Source of the DNA: a virus
Virus record (IMG/VR): IMGVR_UViG_3300030430_003122
Span: 1 to 64,000 of that record
Length of the DNA: 64,000 nt
Direction: 5' to 3' (one strand)
The notes under the pieces are model-generated. The model was not told where the DNA came from. It saw only the letters and a list, made by a program, of their open reading frames with translations, and did no database searches. Below, in pieces: positions 30,604-40,764 of the stretch (positions are counted from its first letter, which is position 1; every line of letters begins with the position of its first letter). Both the position numbers and the translations under genes were made by a program.

Positions 30604-31160
30604 GTATAGAAACAGATGTATTGACATCATTATTCAATCTTGAGAATAAAGACTGTTGCTTTATCGAAACAGGATCTTGGCACGGAGATACAGTCGCCCG
30701 TGCCCTTGATATTGGATTTACTAAAGTTAAAAGTATTGAGGCGGGAAAAGATCTGTATGACAAATGTTATGAGAGATTTTCTGATGAGGAAAGAGTCACT
30801 CTCTATCATGGTTCAAGTTCAGATCGCTTATATGAGATGTGTCATGATGAGGATGGAGATCTTTTTTTCTGGTTAGATGCACACTATAGTGGAGGAGATA
30901 CGTTTCTTTCTAATAATCAAATATGTCCACTCTATGAGGAACTGGATCAAATAAAGAAATTAAAAAAGAATACTCACACTATACTGATAGACGATGTTAG
31001 AGACATTATCAACGGATACATGAGGGTGAATATGCAAGAACTGAAAAATAAACTTTTGGAGATCAATCCAAATTATGATTTGTACCTCTTGCCCGGACAC
31101 CAAGAAAATGATATACTAATGGCGACTACAAAGAATGTGACTTTAAATGAATCTATCTGA
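30600..31160 (+). CDS. Class I SAM-dependent methyltransferase-like protein
   Basis: FIETGSWHGD, SIE, GSS, FFWLDAH, ILIDD pattern. Confidence 0.7.
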   Translation: MSIETDVLTSLFNLENKDCCFIETGSWHGDTVARALDIGFTKVKSIEAGKDLYDKCYERFSDEERVTLYHGSSSDRLYEMCHDEDGDLFFWLDAHYSGGDTFLSNNQICPLYEELDQIKKLKKNTHTILIDDVRDIINGYMRVNMQELKNKLLEINPNYDLYLLPGHQENDILMATTKNVTLNESI

Positions 31161-31524
31161 AGTTCTCAACTCGATAAACTATAATAAAGAAGACATATTT
31201 GAAAACCTTCCGGAAGTGACGCAGAAGGAGTATGTTCCTTTTGTTGTTAATAAGTGCTTATCTTATTTTCCTGACACGATTCTACAGGCAAACAACATGA
31301 ATATGCATTCAGGGATTGATCCCAGAATGCAATATCATTATCTTATTAACTCTATCCGGAAAAGAAAGAGATTTTCAAAGTGGAATAAGAATAAAGAATC
31401 GGACCAGTTGGAGGCAGTGAAGAGACACTACGGATATTCTAATCAAAAAGCAGAGGAGGCACTACGACTTCTCACTGATAAGCAAGTGGAATACCTTATT
31501 ACCCTACATAAAGGGGAATCATAA
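31147..31524 (+). CDS. gp62: Clamp loader small subunit gp62
   Basis: LNSINYNK, YVPFVVNKCLSYFPDT, RKRKRFSKW, YGYSNQKA. Confidence 0.95.
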   Translation: MNLSEVLNSINYNKEDIFENLPEVTQKEYVPFVVNKCLSYFPDTILQANNMNMHSGIDPRMQYHYLINSIRKRKRFSKWNKNKESDQLEAVKRHYGYSNQKAEEALRLLTDKQVEYLITLHKGES

Positions 31525-31549
31525 TGATTTTTAGAATAAGGTATTACAC

Positions 31550-31954
31550 ATGGGTGAAAAGATAGAAATAGAAGATCTGGTTGAGATTACTCTCAACACA
31601 GATGAAGACTTTTTGAAAGTCAAGGAGACCCTCACACGAATAGGGGTCGCCTCAAGAAAAGATAAAAAGTTGTATCAGTCCTGTCATATACTTCACAAAA
31701 GAGGAAAGTATTATATTGTTCACTTCAAAGAACTGTTTGCACTTGATGGACTGAGATCAGACTTTGATGAGGAAGATCGTGGTAGAAGAAATGCAATTGT
31801 TGGTTTGCTTGGTGAATGGGGACTGATTAACATCGTTGATGCAGATTCTTGCTCAGAACCAGTTGCTCCAATCAACAAGATTAAAATTTTAAAATACTCG
31901 GAGAGGGATGATTGGGAGTTGTGTCCTAAATACCATATAGGAAAGTCGAGATAA
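31550..31954 (+). CDS. regA: Translational repressor RegA
   Basis: DFLKVKETLTRIGVAS, LYQSCHILHKRGKYYIVHFKELF. Confidence 0.97.
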   Translation: MGEKIEIEDLVEITLNTDEDFLKVKETLTRIGVASRKDKKLYQSCHILHKRGKYYIVHFKELFALDGLRSDFDEEDRGRRNAIVGLLGEWGLINIVDADSCSEPVAPINKIKILKYSERDDWELCPKYHIGKSR

Positions 31955-31961
31955 CTTTGAT

Positions 31962-32615
31962 ATGAAAATTGATCTTCGTGATGTGACCGTGAGATGGGTC
32001 AATGTTGACTCAGACACGGAAAAAAATAAAATGATGGAAGAACTATGTGATCGGGTTGGGTTTAAAAATGCTTCCCGTTTTTCCGCAGTTACAGGTATTG
32101 ATCCACACGAAGGCGTGATCGCCGGGGAAGAACACTACCGAAATTGTGCTGAATCACATTTTAAAATATACGAGGAAACAGATTCCTTCCCACTTCTCAT
32201 CCTAGAGGACGATGTGGAAATTGAGGAATCTGTTTTTACATATAATCTTGATAATGTCCCAGATGATGCAGATGCGATTTACCTTGGCACATCACATGGA
32301 GATGGTAGATACTCAGCACGGGATGTAGGAAACGGATGGATGCGGGTCGAGAGAGTTTTTGCCACGCACTCTATTCTATACTTAAATAAACGAATATGCG
32401 AAAAGGTCATCGAGGTGGGCAAACATTGGATCTATGAACTAAACAGACCATTCGATGTCGGTTTTGCATATCATGTTCAACCGCACTTTAATGTCTACTC
32501 TCCACACATTCCATTTTTCTATCAAGCAGACTCGAAAAATACGAAAAACAAGTGGGAGAAGTTAACAAGAACTCCTCTACAGCACAAGAAAAAGTTTTCG
32601 GTATTTACAACATGA
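31962..32615 (+). CDS. Glycosyltransferase, GT25-like
   Basis: WVNVD, RFSAV, CAESH, LILEDD, IYLG. Confidence 0.75.
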   Translation: MKIDLRDVTVRWVNVDSDTEKNKMMEELCDRVGFKNASRFSAVTGIDPHEGVIAGEEHYRNCAESHFKIYEETDSFPLLILEDDVEIEESVFTYNLDNVPDDADAIYLGTSHGDGRYSARDVGNGWMRVERVFATHSILYLNKRICEKVIEVGKHWIYELNRPFDVGFAYHVQPHFNVYSPHIPFFYQADSKNTKNKWEKLTRTPLQHKKKFSVFTT

Positions 32616-33412
32616 CAAAAACAATCAGTTTTAATATGCTCGGCCGATATGGTCGTCTAGGAAACTCAATGTTTCAGTATGCCGCCGTGTTAGGATCTGC
32701 TAGAGCATCAGGACACAATCCCATTTGCCACCTTTCCGGGATACCCTTAATGTCAGAGTGTTTTGAATTGGGTTCAGTCCAAGATGGTCAGATTGAACCT
32801 GACTTATTGCTTAATGAGCAAGGGTTTAATTATCAACAAATAGCACATAATATTCCGTTCAATCGCAGTGTTGATTTCCGTGGTTACTTTCAAACAGAAA
32901 AATATTTTAAGCACGTTGAGACTGAGGTGAGACAAAACTTCGCTTTTAAACAATATATCAAGGATCTAGCGATTGAAAAAATTCCAGAAGACGTATGTGT
33001 TTCCGTTCATGTTCGTAGGGGGGATTATGTTGCTTTAGCAGAATACCACCATAACCAAACAATGGAATATTATCATGAAGCATTATCTAAATTTCCGAGG
33101 CACCGTCCCGTATTTTTTTCTGATGATATTGCGTGGTGTAAAGAGAATTTTTCACACATCGATAAGGCAGTTTTTGTCGAGAATGAAGAAACTCTAAACA
33201 CCAATGCCACATATAATTCAGACATATCTGGATACGTTGATATGTGTGCGATGTCTTTTTGCAACGACCATATCATTGCAAATAGTAGTTTTAGTTGGTG
33301 GGGTGCTTGGTTGGGACAAGGTAACGTGGTTGCACCTAAAAAGTGGTTTGGATCAAAAAAAGAAAATGAAAACCATGAAGATATTTATTGTGAAGGTTGG
33401 ATGGTCGTATGA
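32612..33412 (+). CDS. Glycosyltransferase family 11 (alpha-1,2-fucosyltransferase-like)
   Basis: GRLGNSMFQYA, GYFQTEKYF, HVRRGDY, FSDDIAWC, ANSSFSWWGAWL. Confidence 0.93.
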   Translation: MTKTISFNMLGRYGRLGNSMFQYAAVLGSARASGHNPICHLSGIPLMSECFELGSVQDGQIEPDLLLNEQGFNYQQIAHNIPFNRSVDFRGYFQTEKYFKHVETEVRQNFAFKQYIKDLAIEKIPEDVCVSVHVRRGDYVALAEYHHNQTMEYYHEALSKFPRHRPVFFSDDIAWCKENFSHIDKAVFVENEETLNTNATYNSDISGYVDMCAMSFCNDHIIANSSFSWWGAWLGQGNVVAPKKWFGSKKENENHEDIYCEGWMVV

Positions 33413-34098
33413 AAATTTTAATGATGAATATCGCCACAAACAAATACACTAGGTTTGTTGACGATTTTTATGTTTCTTGTAATCAGTTCTTTTTACCTAA
33501 TACAGATGTTCATCATTTACTGTTTACAGACAACATGGAGTTTGAAACAAACACCGGAGTTCCTCTTAAAAAAAGTTATGTCGAGCATAAACCGTTTCCA
33601 GAACCAACTCTAAAAAGATATCACTACTTTCTCCAAGAAAGAGATTATATTGAGCAGTTTGATTATGTTTTTTACTCTGATATCGATATGAAGTTTGTTT
33701 CCCCTGTATCAGAGGAAGAGATTTGCTCCGATCTCACTCTAACAATACACCCCATGATTAGAACGAATCGGGAACTGTATTCTTATGACTCTAATAAAGA
33801 AAGCACTGCTTATATCAATATCAACACTGAGGGGGAGTATTATTTTTGTGGTGGGTTTAATGGTGGGTCTTCTAAAAAGTTCATGGAACTATCCAATACC
33901 ATAGCGAAAAACGTTGACACTGATAGTAAAAAAGGTACAATGGCAATTTGGCATGATGAGAGTCATTTGAATAGATACGCGGTTGACAACCCACCAACAA
34001 ATATAATTGATTGGTGTGTCACTGATTGGTATTGGGCACGAACTGGACAAGGAAAATTAATTTGTCTTTCAAAAGACCACACGGAGATTAGATCATGA
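33409..34098 (+). CDS. Glycosyltransferase family 6 (ABO-type alpha-1,3-Gal/GalNAc transferase)
   Basis: IATNKY, FTD, TLKRY, DID, YFCGGFNGG, WHDESHLNRY. Confidence 0.93.
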   Translation: MKILMMNIATNKYTRFVDDFYVSCNQFFLPNTDVHHLLFTDNMEFETNTGVPLKKSYVEHKPFPEPTLKRYHYFLQERDYIEQFDYVFYSDIDMKFVSPVSEEEICSDLTLTIHPMIRTNRELYSYDSNKESTAYININTEGEYYFCGGFNGGSSKKFMELSNTIAKNVDTDSKKGTMAIWHDESHLNRYAVDNPPTNIIDWCVTDWYWARTGQGKLICLSKDHTEIRS

Positions 34099-34700
34099 AA
34101 CTAAATTTAACAGAGTTACCGGTTGTTTATATTAATCTTGACAGAGACACAGAAAAAAGACAGAGCATGGAAAAGATTTTTTGTGATCATGGTTTTTCAA
34201 ACGTTCACAGGTCTCCGGGGGTGATTGTCCCGAATGAACATGTTTGTGTTGGTATATCTCACGCATTTAGAAATGCGTTTGAGTTAGCATTTTCTGTGAG
34301 TAACGGCGGACCTTTTTTAATGTTTGAGGATGATCTGGTAACCCGAGATGCCTTTACAACCGAGATTGATCTTCCGGACAATTACGATGCATGTTACTTG
34401 GGTATCTCTACATGGGCGAGAGTCAATGGAATAAGTGGACCATATTTGAAAGGCGAACTACTCGAAGATAGATCTGATCTGGTTAGGATTCATAACATGC
34501 TATCGGGACACGCCATACTTTATAGAGGAAACGAATACTCAAAAGTTATTCATGCAAAAATGACGAGGGCGATACAAGAAAAAACATATCAAGATATTGA
34601 GTTCGCAGAAACGATGGGTGCATATAATGTATATGCATTCACCGATCCTTTGTTTTATCAGTCCAGTAGTGAAAATGTAACAAACTTGAGGTTACAATGA
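34095..34700 (+). CDS. Glycosyltransferase, GT25-like
   Basis: YINLDRD, SH, MFEDD, CYLG; paralog of 31962..32615. Confidence 0.75.
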   Translation: MKLNLTELPVVYINLDRDTEKRQSMEKIFCDHGFSNVHRSPGVIVPNEHVCVGISHAFRNAFELAFSVSNGGPFLMFEDDLVTRDAFTTEIDLPDNYDACYLGISTWARVNGISGPYLKGELLEDRSDLVRIHNMLSGHAILYRGNEYSKVIHAKMTRAIQEKTYQDIEFAETMGAYNVYAFTDPLFYQSSSENVTNLRLQ

Positions 34701-35551
34701 CAAATGTAACTTATGTTGGTGGTTGTGATTGGTTGTGTGTCCCTGAATGGTTCTCATCTGAAAAAGATATTGAGATAGTTTCTGAGATTGGTGATTGGAT
34801 ACCAGATAAGAATAAATTAAGTGTCTTCATTGATTTCAGTGAACCCGATTGGTATCTTACAACTAAAACAAATGAAGTGTTAAGTAGAGTTGACGATTTC
34901 CAACTTATAGTAACGAGAAGACCAGAACTTTTAGAGTATCCACAATCAGAAAAACTAATTGCGGGCGCGTGTTGGTTGAGTGATGAATATAGAAACAATC
35001 CAAATGTAAACAAAGAACCATCTGTGTCTTTCACGAACACAAACAAATGCATGGTTTATCCTTGGGGGTTTGCTGATGGGTATGATCACCGACATTCCAT
35101 TACCCGAGATTGGAATGAACTTCAAACACTTTCTAACCTCCCACTGCATTTCTATAATAGTAGAAAATTTCCCTGTCCCCTAGAGGGCATGGAAATTAAA
35201 TTTTTAGATGAACACAGTAAAGACTCATGCATGAATCACATGTTTCACATAGCAGTGGAGAACGCACAATCACCAAATTACATAACAGAAAAACTGATAG
35301 ACTGTCTCGCAGCAAAAACCATACCCATATATTATGGTTGTTATAACATACACGAATATTTTGACATCGATGGTATTTTGCAGTTCCACACCAGAGATCA
35401 ATTAATCGATATTTTGCAAAATCTTACGCCAGAGATGTATGAAGAAAGAAAAAAAGTAATCGATAAAAATTATGAACTGTCTAAAAAATGGTGGGACACC
35501 GGTGCTATTTTTTGGAAGAAAGTTGAAGAAAGGTTAAATCATGCTAAGTGA
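34697..35551 (+). CDS. Glycosyltransferase family 10 (alpha-1,3/4-fucosyltransferase-like)
   Basis: FHIAVEN...YITEKL.DC....IPIYYG is the GT10 motif. Confidence 0.85.
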   Translation: MTNVTYVGGCDWLCVPEWFSSEKDIEIVSEIGDWIPDKNKLSVFIDFSEPDWYLTTKTNEVLSRVDDFQLIVTRRPELLEYPQSEKLIAGACWLSDEYRNNPNVNKEPSVSFTNTNKCMVYPWGFADGYDHRHSITRDWNELQTLSNLPLHFYNSRKFPCPLEGMEIKFLDEHSKDSCMNHMFHIAVENAQSPNYITEKLIDCLAAKTIPIYYGCYNIHEYFDIDGILQFHTRDQLIDILQNLTPEMYEERKKVIDKNYELSKKWWDTGAIFWKKVEERLNHAK

Positions 35552-36365
35552 GATTGGTTTATTTTATGATGGACAAGGTAGGGGTCCGGGTAAAGTTCGT
35601 GACAATTTAATCAAAGGTCTTGAACTGTTAGGTGTTAAGGTTTTTCATGGAGAGGAAAGAGAACACACAGGATGGTTACATAATTGTCCTCCCTCATTTA
35701 TTCCGGAACACTGGTTACTAGGTCCAAATTTATTTGTATTACCAACAGACGCACCTCCTGATTTCTGGAGCAAAAAAAGAAGACTGGTTACTCCGTGTTG
35801 GTGGACCACTGATGTTTACTCGCAGGTCTTGACACAGGCAGGTTTACCACATGAACTATACACATGGGCGGTTGGTATAGACACTGACAAGTTCTCCCCC
35901 AGTGATACAACAAAAACGAATGACTGCATCATTTATTTTAAGAATGGAAATCTGAATGATTATGTGGATGTGACCAAAAAACTAAAGAGTAGAAATCTAT
36001 CATATGAAGAGTTACGTTACGGAGACTACGATGAAAAGGATTTGATTGAACTAGCACAAAGATCTAAGTTTGTCGTGACTTTAACATCTACAGAGAGTCA
36101 GGGTATTGCATACCAAGAACTATTGTCAATGAATCTCCCCTGTTATGTTTTTGAAAGAGACATGTGGAGGGACAGACCCGGTTTTTCTTGTCCCGCATCT
36201 TCCGCCCCATATTTTGATAGCAGATGTGGGATAAAATGCAAAGACGTTTCTTTCCTTGATACGTTCATCAACGATCTAGAAAAATATGCTCCCCGTGACT
36301 ACATACTAGACAACCTAACGCTTGAAAAGTGTGCAAGTGAATACCTTTTAATGATGGAGAAATAA
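35541..36365 (+). CDS. Glycosyltransferase (GT-B, GT4-like)
   Basis: GPGKV, GIDTDKF, ESQGIAYQELLSMNLP (EX7E-like). Confidence 0.7.
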   Translation: MLSEIGLFYDGQGRGPGKVRDNLIKGLELLGVKVFHGEEREHTGWLHNCPPSFIPEHWLLGPNLFVLPTDAPPDFWSKKRRLVTPCWWTTDVYSQVLTQAGLPHELYTWAVGIDTDKFSPSDTTKTNDCIIYFKNGNLNDYVDVTKKLKSRNLSYEELRYGDYDEKDLIELAQRSKFVVTLTSTESQGIAYQELLSMNLPCYVFERDMWRDRPGFSCPASSAPYFDSRCGIKCKDVSFLDTFINDLEKYAPRDYILDNLTLEKCASEYLLMMEK

Positions 36366-36366
36366 T

Positions 36367-37431
36367 ATGAACAAATATGTTGTGGTTACTGGTTCTTGTG
36401 GTTTAATTGGAATGGAGTCTTGTCTATTCTTTCATAAAAAAGGATATCGTATCATTGGAATTGATAATGATATGAGATCTTACTTTTTTGGGGAAGGTGC
36501 ATCTACGGCATCGAATCGAAAATTTTTAGAGAGCAATATAGACGGATACATTCACCACCATATTGATATTAGAGATTTTCACTCAATGGAAGAAATTTTT
36601 GAGTCGTTTGGTTCAAACATTGAGTGTGTTATCCACTCAGCGGCACAACCCTCACATGACTGGGCAGTAAAAGAACCGTTTACTGATTTCAATATCAACG
36701 CCACCGCCACACTGAATCTCTTAGAGTTAACTAAGAAACATTGCAAAGATGCTTCTTTTATTTTTATGTCCACCAATAAAGTTTATGGTGATAGACCAAA
36801 CGGAATTTACGATAACTGTGACTTTAACATCAAAGAACTTGAAACTCGATATGAGGCATATGGTAATGATGGAGAACTCTACTCCGTAGATGAAGACATG
36901 TCAATTGATGGGTGTAAACATTCGGTGTTTGGTGCATCAAAGGTTGCAGCAGATGTTATGGTTCAAGAATACGGAAGATATCATAACATGAATACCGTAT
37001 GCTTTCGTGGAGGATGTTTGACTGGGGGAGGACATGCTGGTGCAGAACTACACGGGTTTATGTCATACCTTGTTAAGTGTATGAAATCAAATAAACATTA
37101 CACCATATTTGGTTACAAAGGAAAACAAGTGAGGGACAATATTCACTCATGGGATTTGGTTAATGCGTTTTGGCACTATCACCAAAATCCAACCTCTGCT
37201 GCCGTTTATAATATCGGTGGGGGTCGGGACAACGCAGTATCCATGACGGAGGCAATCGATCTGATTAATGAGGAAATGAACTCTAATTGGGATAATTATA
37301 CTCTCTCGAAAGAAAACAGAATTGGTGATCACATTTGGTATATCAGTGACTTGAGTAAATTTAAAAAAGACTATCCGGAGTGGAATATAACAAAAGACAT
37401 TAGAGAGATTATTCGGGAGATGATCGCATGA
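36367..37431 (+). CDS. NAD-dependent epimerase, CDP-paratose 2-epimerase (RfbE)-like
   Basis: TGSCGLIG, AAQPSHD, STNKVYGD, GKQVRDNIH, RIGDHIWYISD. Confidence 0.8.
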   Translation: MNKYVVVTGSCGLIGMESCLFFHKKGYRIIGIDNDMRSYFFGEGASTASNRKFLESNIDGYIHHHIDIRDFHSMEEIFESFGSNIECVIHSAAQPSHDWAVKEPFTDFNINATATLNLLELTKKHCKDASFIFMSTNKVYGDRPNGIYDNCDFNIKELETRYEAYGNDGELYSVDEDMSIDGCKHSVFGASKVAADVMVQEYGRYHNMNTVCFRGGCLTGGGHAGAELHGFMSYLVKCMKSNKHYTIFGYKGKQVRDNIHSWDLVNAFWHYHQNPTSAAVYNIGGGRDNAVSMTEAIDLINEEMNSNWDNYTLSKENRIGDHIWYISDLSKFKKDYPEWNITKDIREIIREMIA

Positions 37432-38237
37432 TAATTGTTAAGTTAATGGGTGGTCTAGGGAATCAAATGTTTCAGTATGCTATGGGTCGATCTTTAGCAG
37501 AAAGAAATAATACAGAACTCATTGTCGATACCAGTTTCTTGGAAGATAAAAATAGCGGGGTCACTGTGTTTCGTGATTATGAACTTGATTTGTTCCCGAA
37601 TATAAAAGAAAAGAAATTACAGAGTTCGGTGGAGGCGGTTCCATTTTACGAGTCACACTTTCATTGTGATGAGCGTTTGTTAAACGTAAAGACATCACAG
37701 AACATTTATATGACTGGTTATTGGCAAACTTACAAATACTTCAATGACATCAATGATACCATAATAGAAGAATTTAAGTTCCCTATTATTCAAGATGAGA
37801 GAACAAGACTGTTACAAGAAGAAATTGTCTCTCGCAATTCTGTGATGATTAATGTTCGACGATCAGATTATTTGACTGATTCTTTGTTTGAGAATCTTGA
37901 CATGGACTATTACAATCAGTCCGTTGAGAAAATCACCGACATGGTGGACGACCCCATGTTTTATGTGTTTTCTGATGATATCGAGTGGTGTAGGGAAAAT
38001 TTTACCGAAGATAAGTTTTTTATTGTTGATAAGTCATACGCTGGTCCAAAGTATATCGACTACTTACATTTAATGTCCTCATGTAAACACCACATTATTC
38101 CTAATAGCACATTTGCTTGGTGGGCAGCGTGGTTGCATCAAGGAGAGGATCAAATAGTGACATACCCCTCAAAATGGTTCACGGATAAAAGTAAAGATAC
38201 AAAAGATATTTGTCCCCCAGAATGGATTAAACTATGA
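37428..38237 (+). CDS. Glycosyltransferase family 11
   Basis: GGLGNQMFQYA, GYWQ, NVRRSDY, FSDDIEWC, NSTFAWWAAWL. Confidence 0.93.
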   Translation: MIIVKLMGGLGNQMFQYAMGRSLAERNNTELIVDTSFLEDKNSGVTVFRDYELDLFPNIKEKKLQSSVEAVPFYESHFHCDERLLNVKTSQNIYMTGYWQTYKYFNDINDTIIEEFKFPIIQDERTRLLQEEIVSRNSVMINVRRSDYLTDSLFENLDMDYYNQSVEKITDMVDDPMFYVFSDDIEWCRENFTEDKFFIVDKSYAGPKYIDYLHLMSSCKHHIIPNSTFAWWAAWLHQGEDQIVTYPSKWFTDKSKDTKDICPPEWIKL

Positions 38238-38998
38238 AAAAAGTTAGTGCTATAATTTCTTGCTATAAGTCGGATCGTTACATTGAAACCTTCCTGAGAA
38301 CAATGGAATATCAAACGTATGATAATTTTGAATTAGTTATTCATACCAATGAAACCAGTCAACTTGAAAGAGATTGCATCAATCGTGCAAAACAATTTGT
38401 TGATATAGTTCACATCGAGGATGAACAAGTTATTCCTCTTTATGCCGCATGGAACAAATGCATTCAACACTCTGATGGTGAATTAATTTGTATTAATAAT
38501 GCGGATGATCTTCGAGCAAGTGACTCTATAGAAAACATGGTCGCGTGTTTTAATGATGAAGTTGAATTTTGTTATGGTAACTACATAGTCAGCACAAATT
38601 TTGGTGACACGCATGGTCGTTTGGTGGATGAAACTGGTCGTGAAAACGAACTAACCACCGGTATGATACTGGGACCATTTTTTATGTTCAAAAAGTCAGT
38701 GCTTGATAAATGTGGCATGTTTGATGAGCAGTTTAAATCCGGCGGGGACATGGACTTTGCAATGAGACTGGGAAGAAAATGTAAAGGTGTTCATACCCCA
38801 AGTTTACTGGGAGCGTATTTGGATGAGGGGACTGGTCTTAGCACGGGTTCAGAATTGCAACCTCTAGAAAGAACTGTAATTGAGCGTAGATATGGTCTTA
38901 ATATTCTAGAACCAAGATTTGTAGAAAAGTCAATGGAATATGACATTGCAAATGTGTCATACAATGGTTCCACCACGCCAATTGAGGAGTTTATCTGA
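38234..38998 (+). CDS. Glycosyltransferase family 2
   Basis: VSAIISCY, AAWN, NADD, FDEQFKSGGDMDF. Confidence 0.85.
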   Translation: MKKVSAIISCYKSDRYIETFLRTMEYQTYDNFELVIHTNETSQLERDCINRAKQFVDIVHIEDEQVIPLYAAWNKCIQHSDGELICINNADDLRASDSIENMVACFNDEVEFCYGNYIVSTNFGDTHGRLVDETGRENELTTGMILGPFFMFKKSVLDKCGMFDEQFKSGGDMDFAMRLGRKCKGVHTPSLLGAYLDEGTGLSTGSELQPLERTVIERRYGLNILEPRFVEKSMEYDIANVSYNGSTTPIEEFI

Positions 38999-39777
38999 TG
39001 GAAATTTCAATTTGTATCGTAACTTTTAAAGAACGTGCTGAAGATATAAAGCGATTGGTATCGCAGATACGAGCAGACAATGACTCGGATGGTGTTGACA
39101 TAATTCTTGCCATAAACGGGAATATAGATGAGCGGATGGATGAATACTATCGAAAAGAAATGATGGAGTTGTGTTCTACCACACCAAACTGTTATCCAAT
39201 CTTCTGTCCAGAATTTAAAAGTTTACCGAAACTGTGGAATACACTAGCAATCTTTAGTCGAACTGAGTATAATTTGCTTCTAGGTGATGATGTAGAGTAT
39301 ACAAATACAAATACAATTAGAGAAATTAAAGACTACATATTGAACTCCTCTGATTCATTTTTTACCATAAACCACGGATTCTCTCATTTTGTGCTTACTA
39401 AAACTATACTCCATGAACTAAAATATTTTGATGAAAGATTTTGTGCTTACGGCGAAGAGGACGGTGATATGGTTCATCGGTTTATTGATCACATGGGAAC
39501 AGAAATAAATAATATTTTTATAGGTGGGTTGCACAATAAAGCGTTATATGATTCCAAGTCAAACCAACAGTTAGATTTCCATGAAAGCAATAAACCAAAA
39601 TTTAATAGAGAATTTTGCGGACTGAAGTATGAAAATAATCCTAATGGAATACGGGGAATGAGTCCAACCCCAGTATCAGTTAAGTCGGGTATGGAAGTTT
39701 TACAACAATATCCCTATGAGGAATTCGTTAGGAAAAATAAACATAACATTACGAAATTTAAGGAGATCGTTTTATGA
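38998..39777 (+). CDS. GT2-like (GT-A fold) glycosyltransferase
   Basis: ISICIVT, KLWN, GDD, FDERFCAYGEEDGD. Confidence 0.7.
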   Translation: MEISICIVTFKERAEDIKRLVSQIRADNDSDGVDIILAINGNIDERMDEYYRKEMMELCSTTPNCYPIFCPEFKSLPKLWNTLAIFSRTEYNLLLGDDVEYTNTNTIREIKDYILNSSDSFFTINHGFSHFVLTKTILHELKYFDERFCAYGEEDGDMVHRFIDHMGTEINNIFIGGLHNKALYDSKSNQQLDFHESNKPKFNREFCGLKYENNPNGIRGMSPTPVSVKSGMEVLQQYPYEEFVRKNKHNITKFKEIVL

Positions 39778-40763
39778 AAATTTTTGTCACCGGTTGTGCC
39801 GGATTATTGGGTGCTAACTATAGTAGACATCTTTTAAAAAATGGACATGAAGTGGTGGGCATTGATGATCTTTCTGGGGGATATGAATCATTTTTACCCA
39901 AAGAGGATAACTTTACCTTTGTAAAGATGAATCTTGAAAACCAAAAAAATGTTGTAGAGTTATTTGAAAGACATAAACCCAAAGTGGTTTTTCACTTCGC
40001 CGCTTATGCTGCGGAGGGTCTATCGCCTTTTATACGCAATTTTAATTACAGAAACAATCTTATTCCTTCTGTGAATTTAATTAATGAATGTATCAACCAT
40101 GAAGCAAAAATGATTTTCACTTCTAGTATGGCGGTGTATGGAGATCAACCTCCACCTTTCACCGAAGAGTTGCAACCGAATCCAATTGACCCATACGGAA
40201 TTGCAAAATACGCTGTGGAGGAAGACCTAAAAAATGCGTCACAACAATTTGATATGAGATACAGCGTCGTTCGTCCTCACAATGTTCTTGGTATTTACCA
40301 AAATATTTGGGACAAGTACCGTAATGTAATTGGCATTTTTATCCGAAGAACATTAGATGGTCAACCAATGATTATATTTGGTGATGGTGAGCAAACCCGT
40401 GCTTTTTCCGACATCAAACATTACATGGAACCTTTCGACAAATTAATTGATGATCATGATGGTGAAATTTTTAATATCGGCGCAGATAAATATTTCACTT
40501 TAAAAGAAGTCGCAGAGACAGTTCAAAAAATTGGTCGTAAATACGGTCATGACGCTACTATTGAATATGGTGAAAGTCGTCACGAAGTGAAGCACGCATA
40601 TTGTGATCACACAAAAGCAAAAAACATGCTCGACTTCAAAGACGAAACTAATCTTGAGGAGTTAATTGAAAGTATGTTTGTTTGGGCAATGGGTCAACCA
40701 AACAGAAAAGTAAAAATGATGGACTATGAAATCACAAAAAATATTTATGAGTATTGGAAATGA
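39774..40763 (+). CDS. NAD-dependent sugar epimerase/dehydratase
   Basis: TGCAGLLG, TSSMAVYG, YGIAK, GDGEQTRAF. Confidence 0.88.
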   Translation: MKIFVTGCAGLLGANYSRHLLKNGHEVVGIDDLSGGYESFLPKEDNFTFVKMNLENQKNVVELFERHKPKVVFHFAAYAAEGLSPFIRNFNYRNNLIPSVNLINECINHEAKMIFTSSMAVYGDQPPPFTEELQPNPIDPYGIAKYAVEEDLKNASQQFDMRYSVVRPHNVLGIYQNIWDKYRNVIGIFIRRTLDGQPMIIFGDGEQTRAFSDIKHYMEPFDKLIDDHDGEIFNIGADKYFTLKEVAETVQKIGRKYGHDATIEYGESRHEVKHAYCDHTKAKNMLDFKDETNLEELIESMFVWAMGQPNRKVKMMDYEITKNIYEYWK

Positions 40764-40764
40764 T

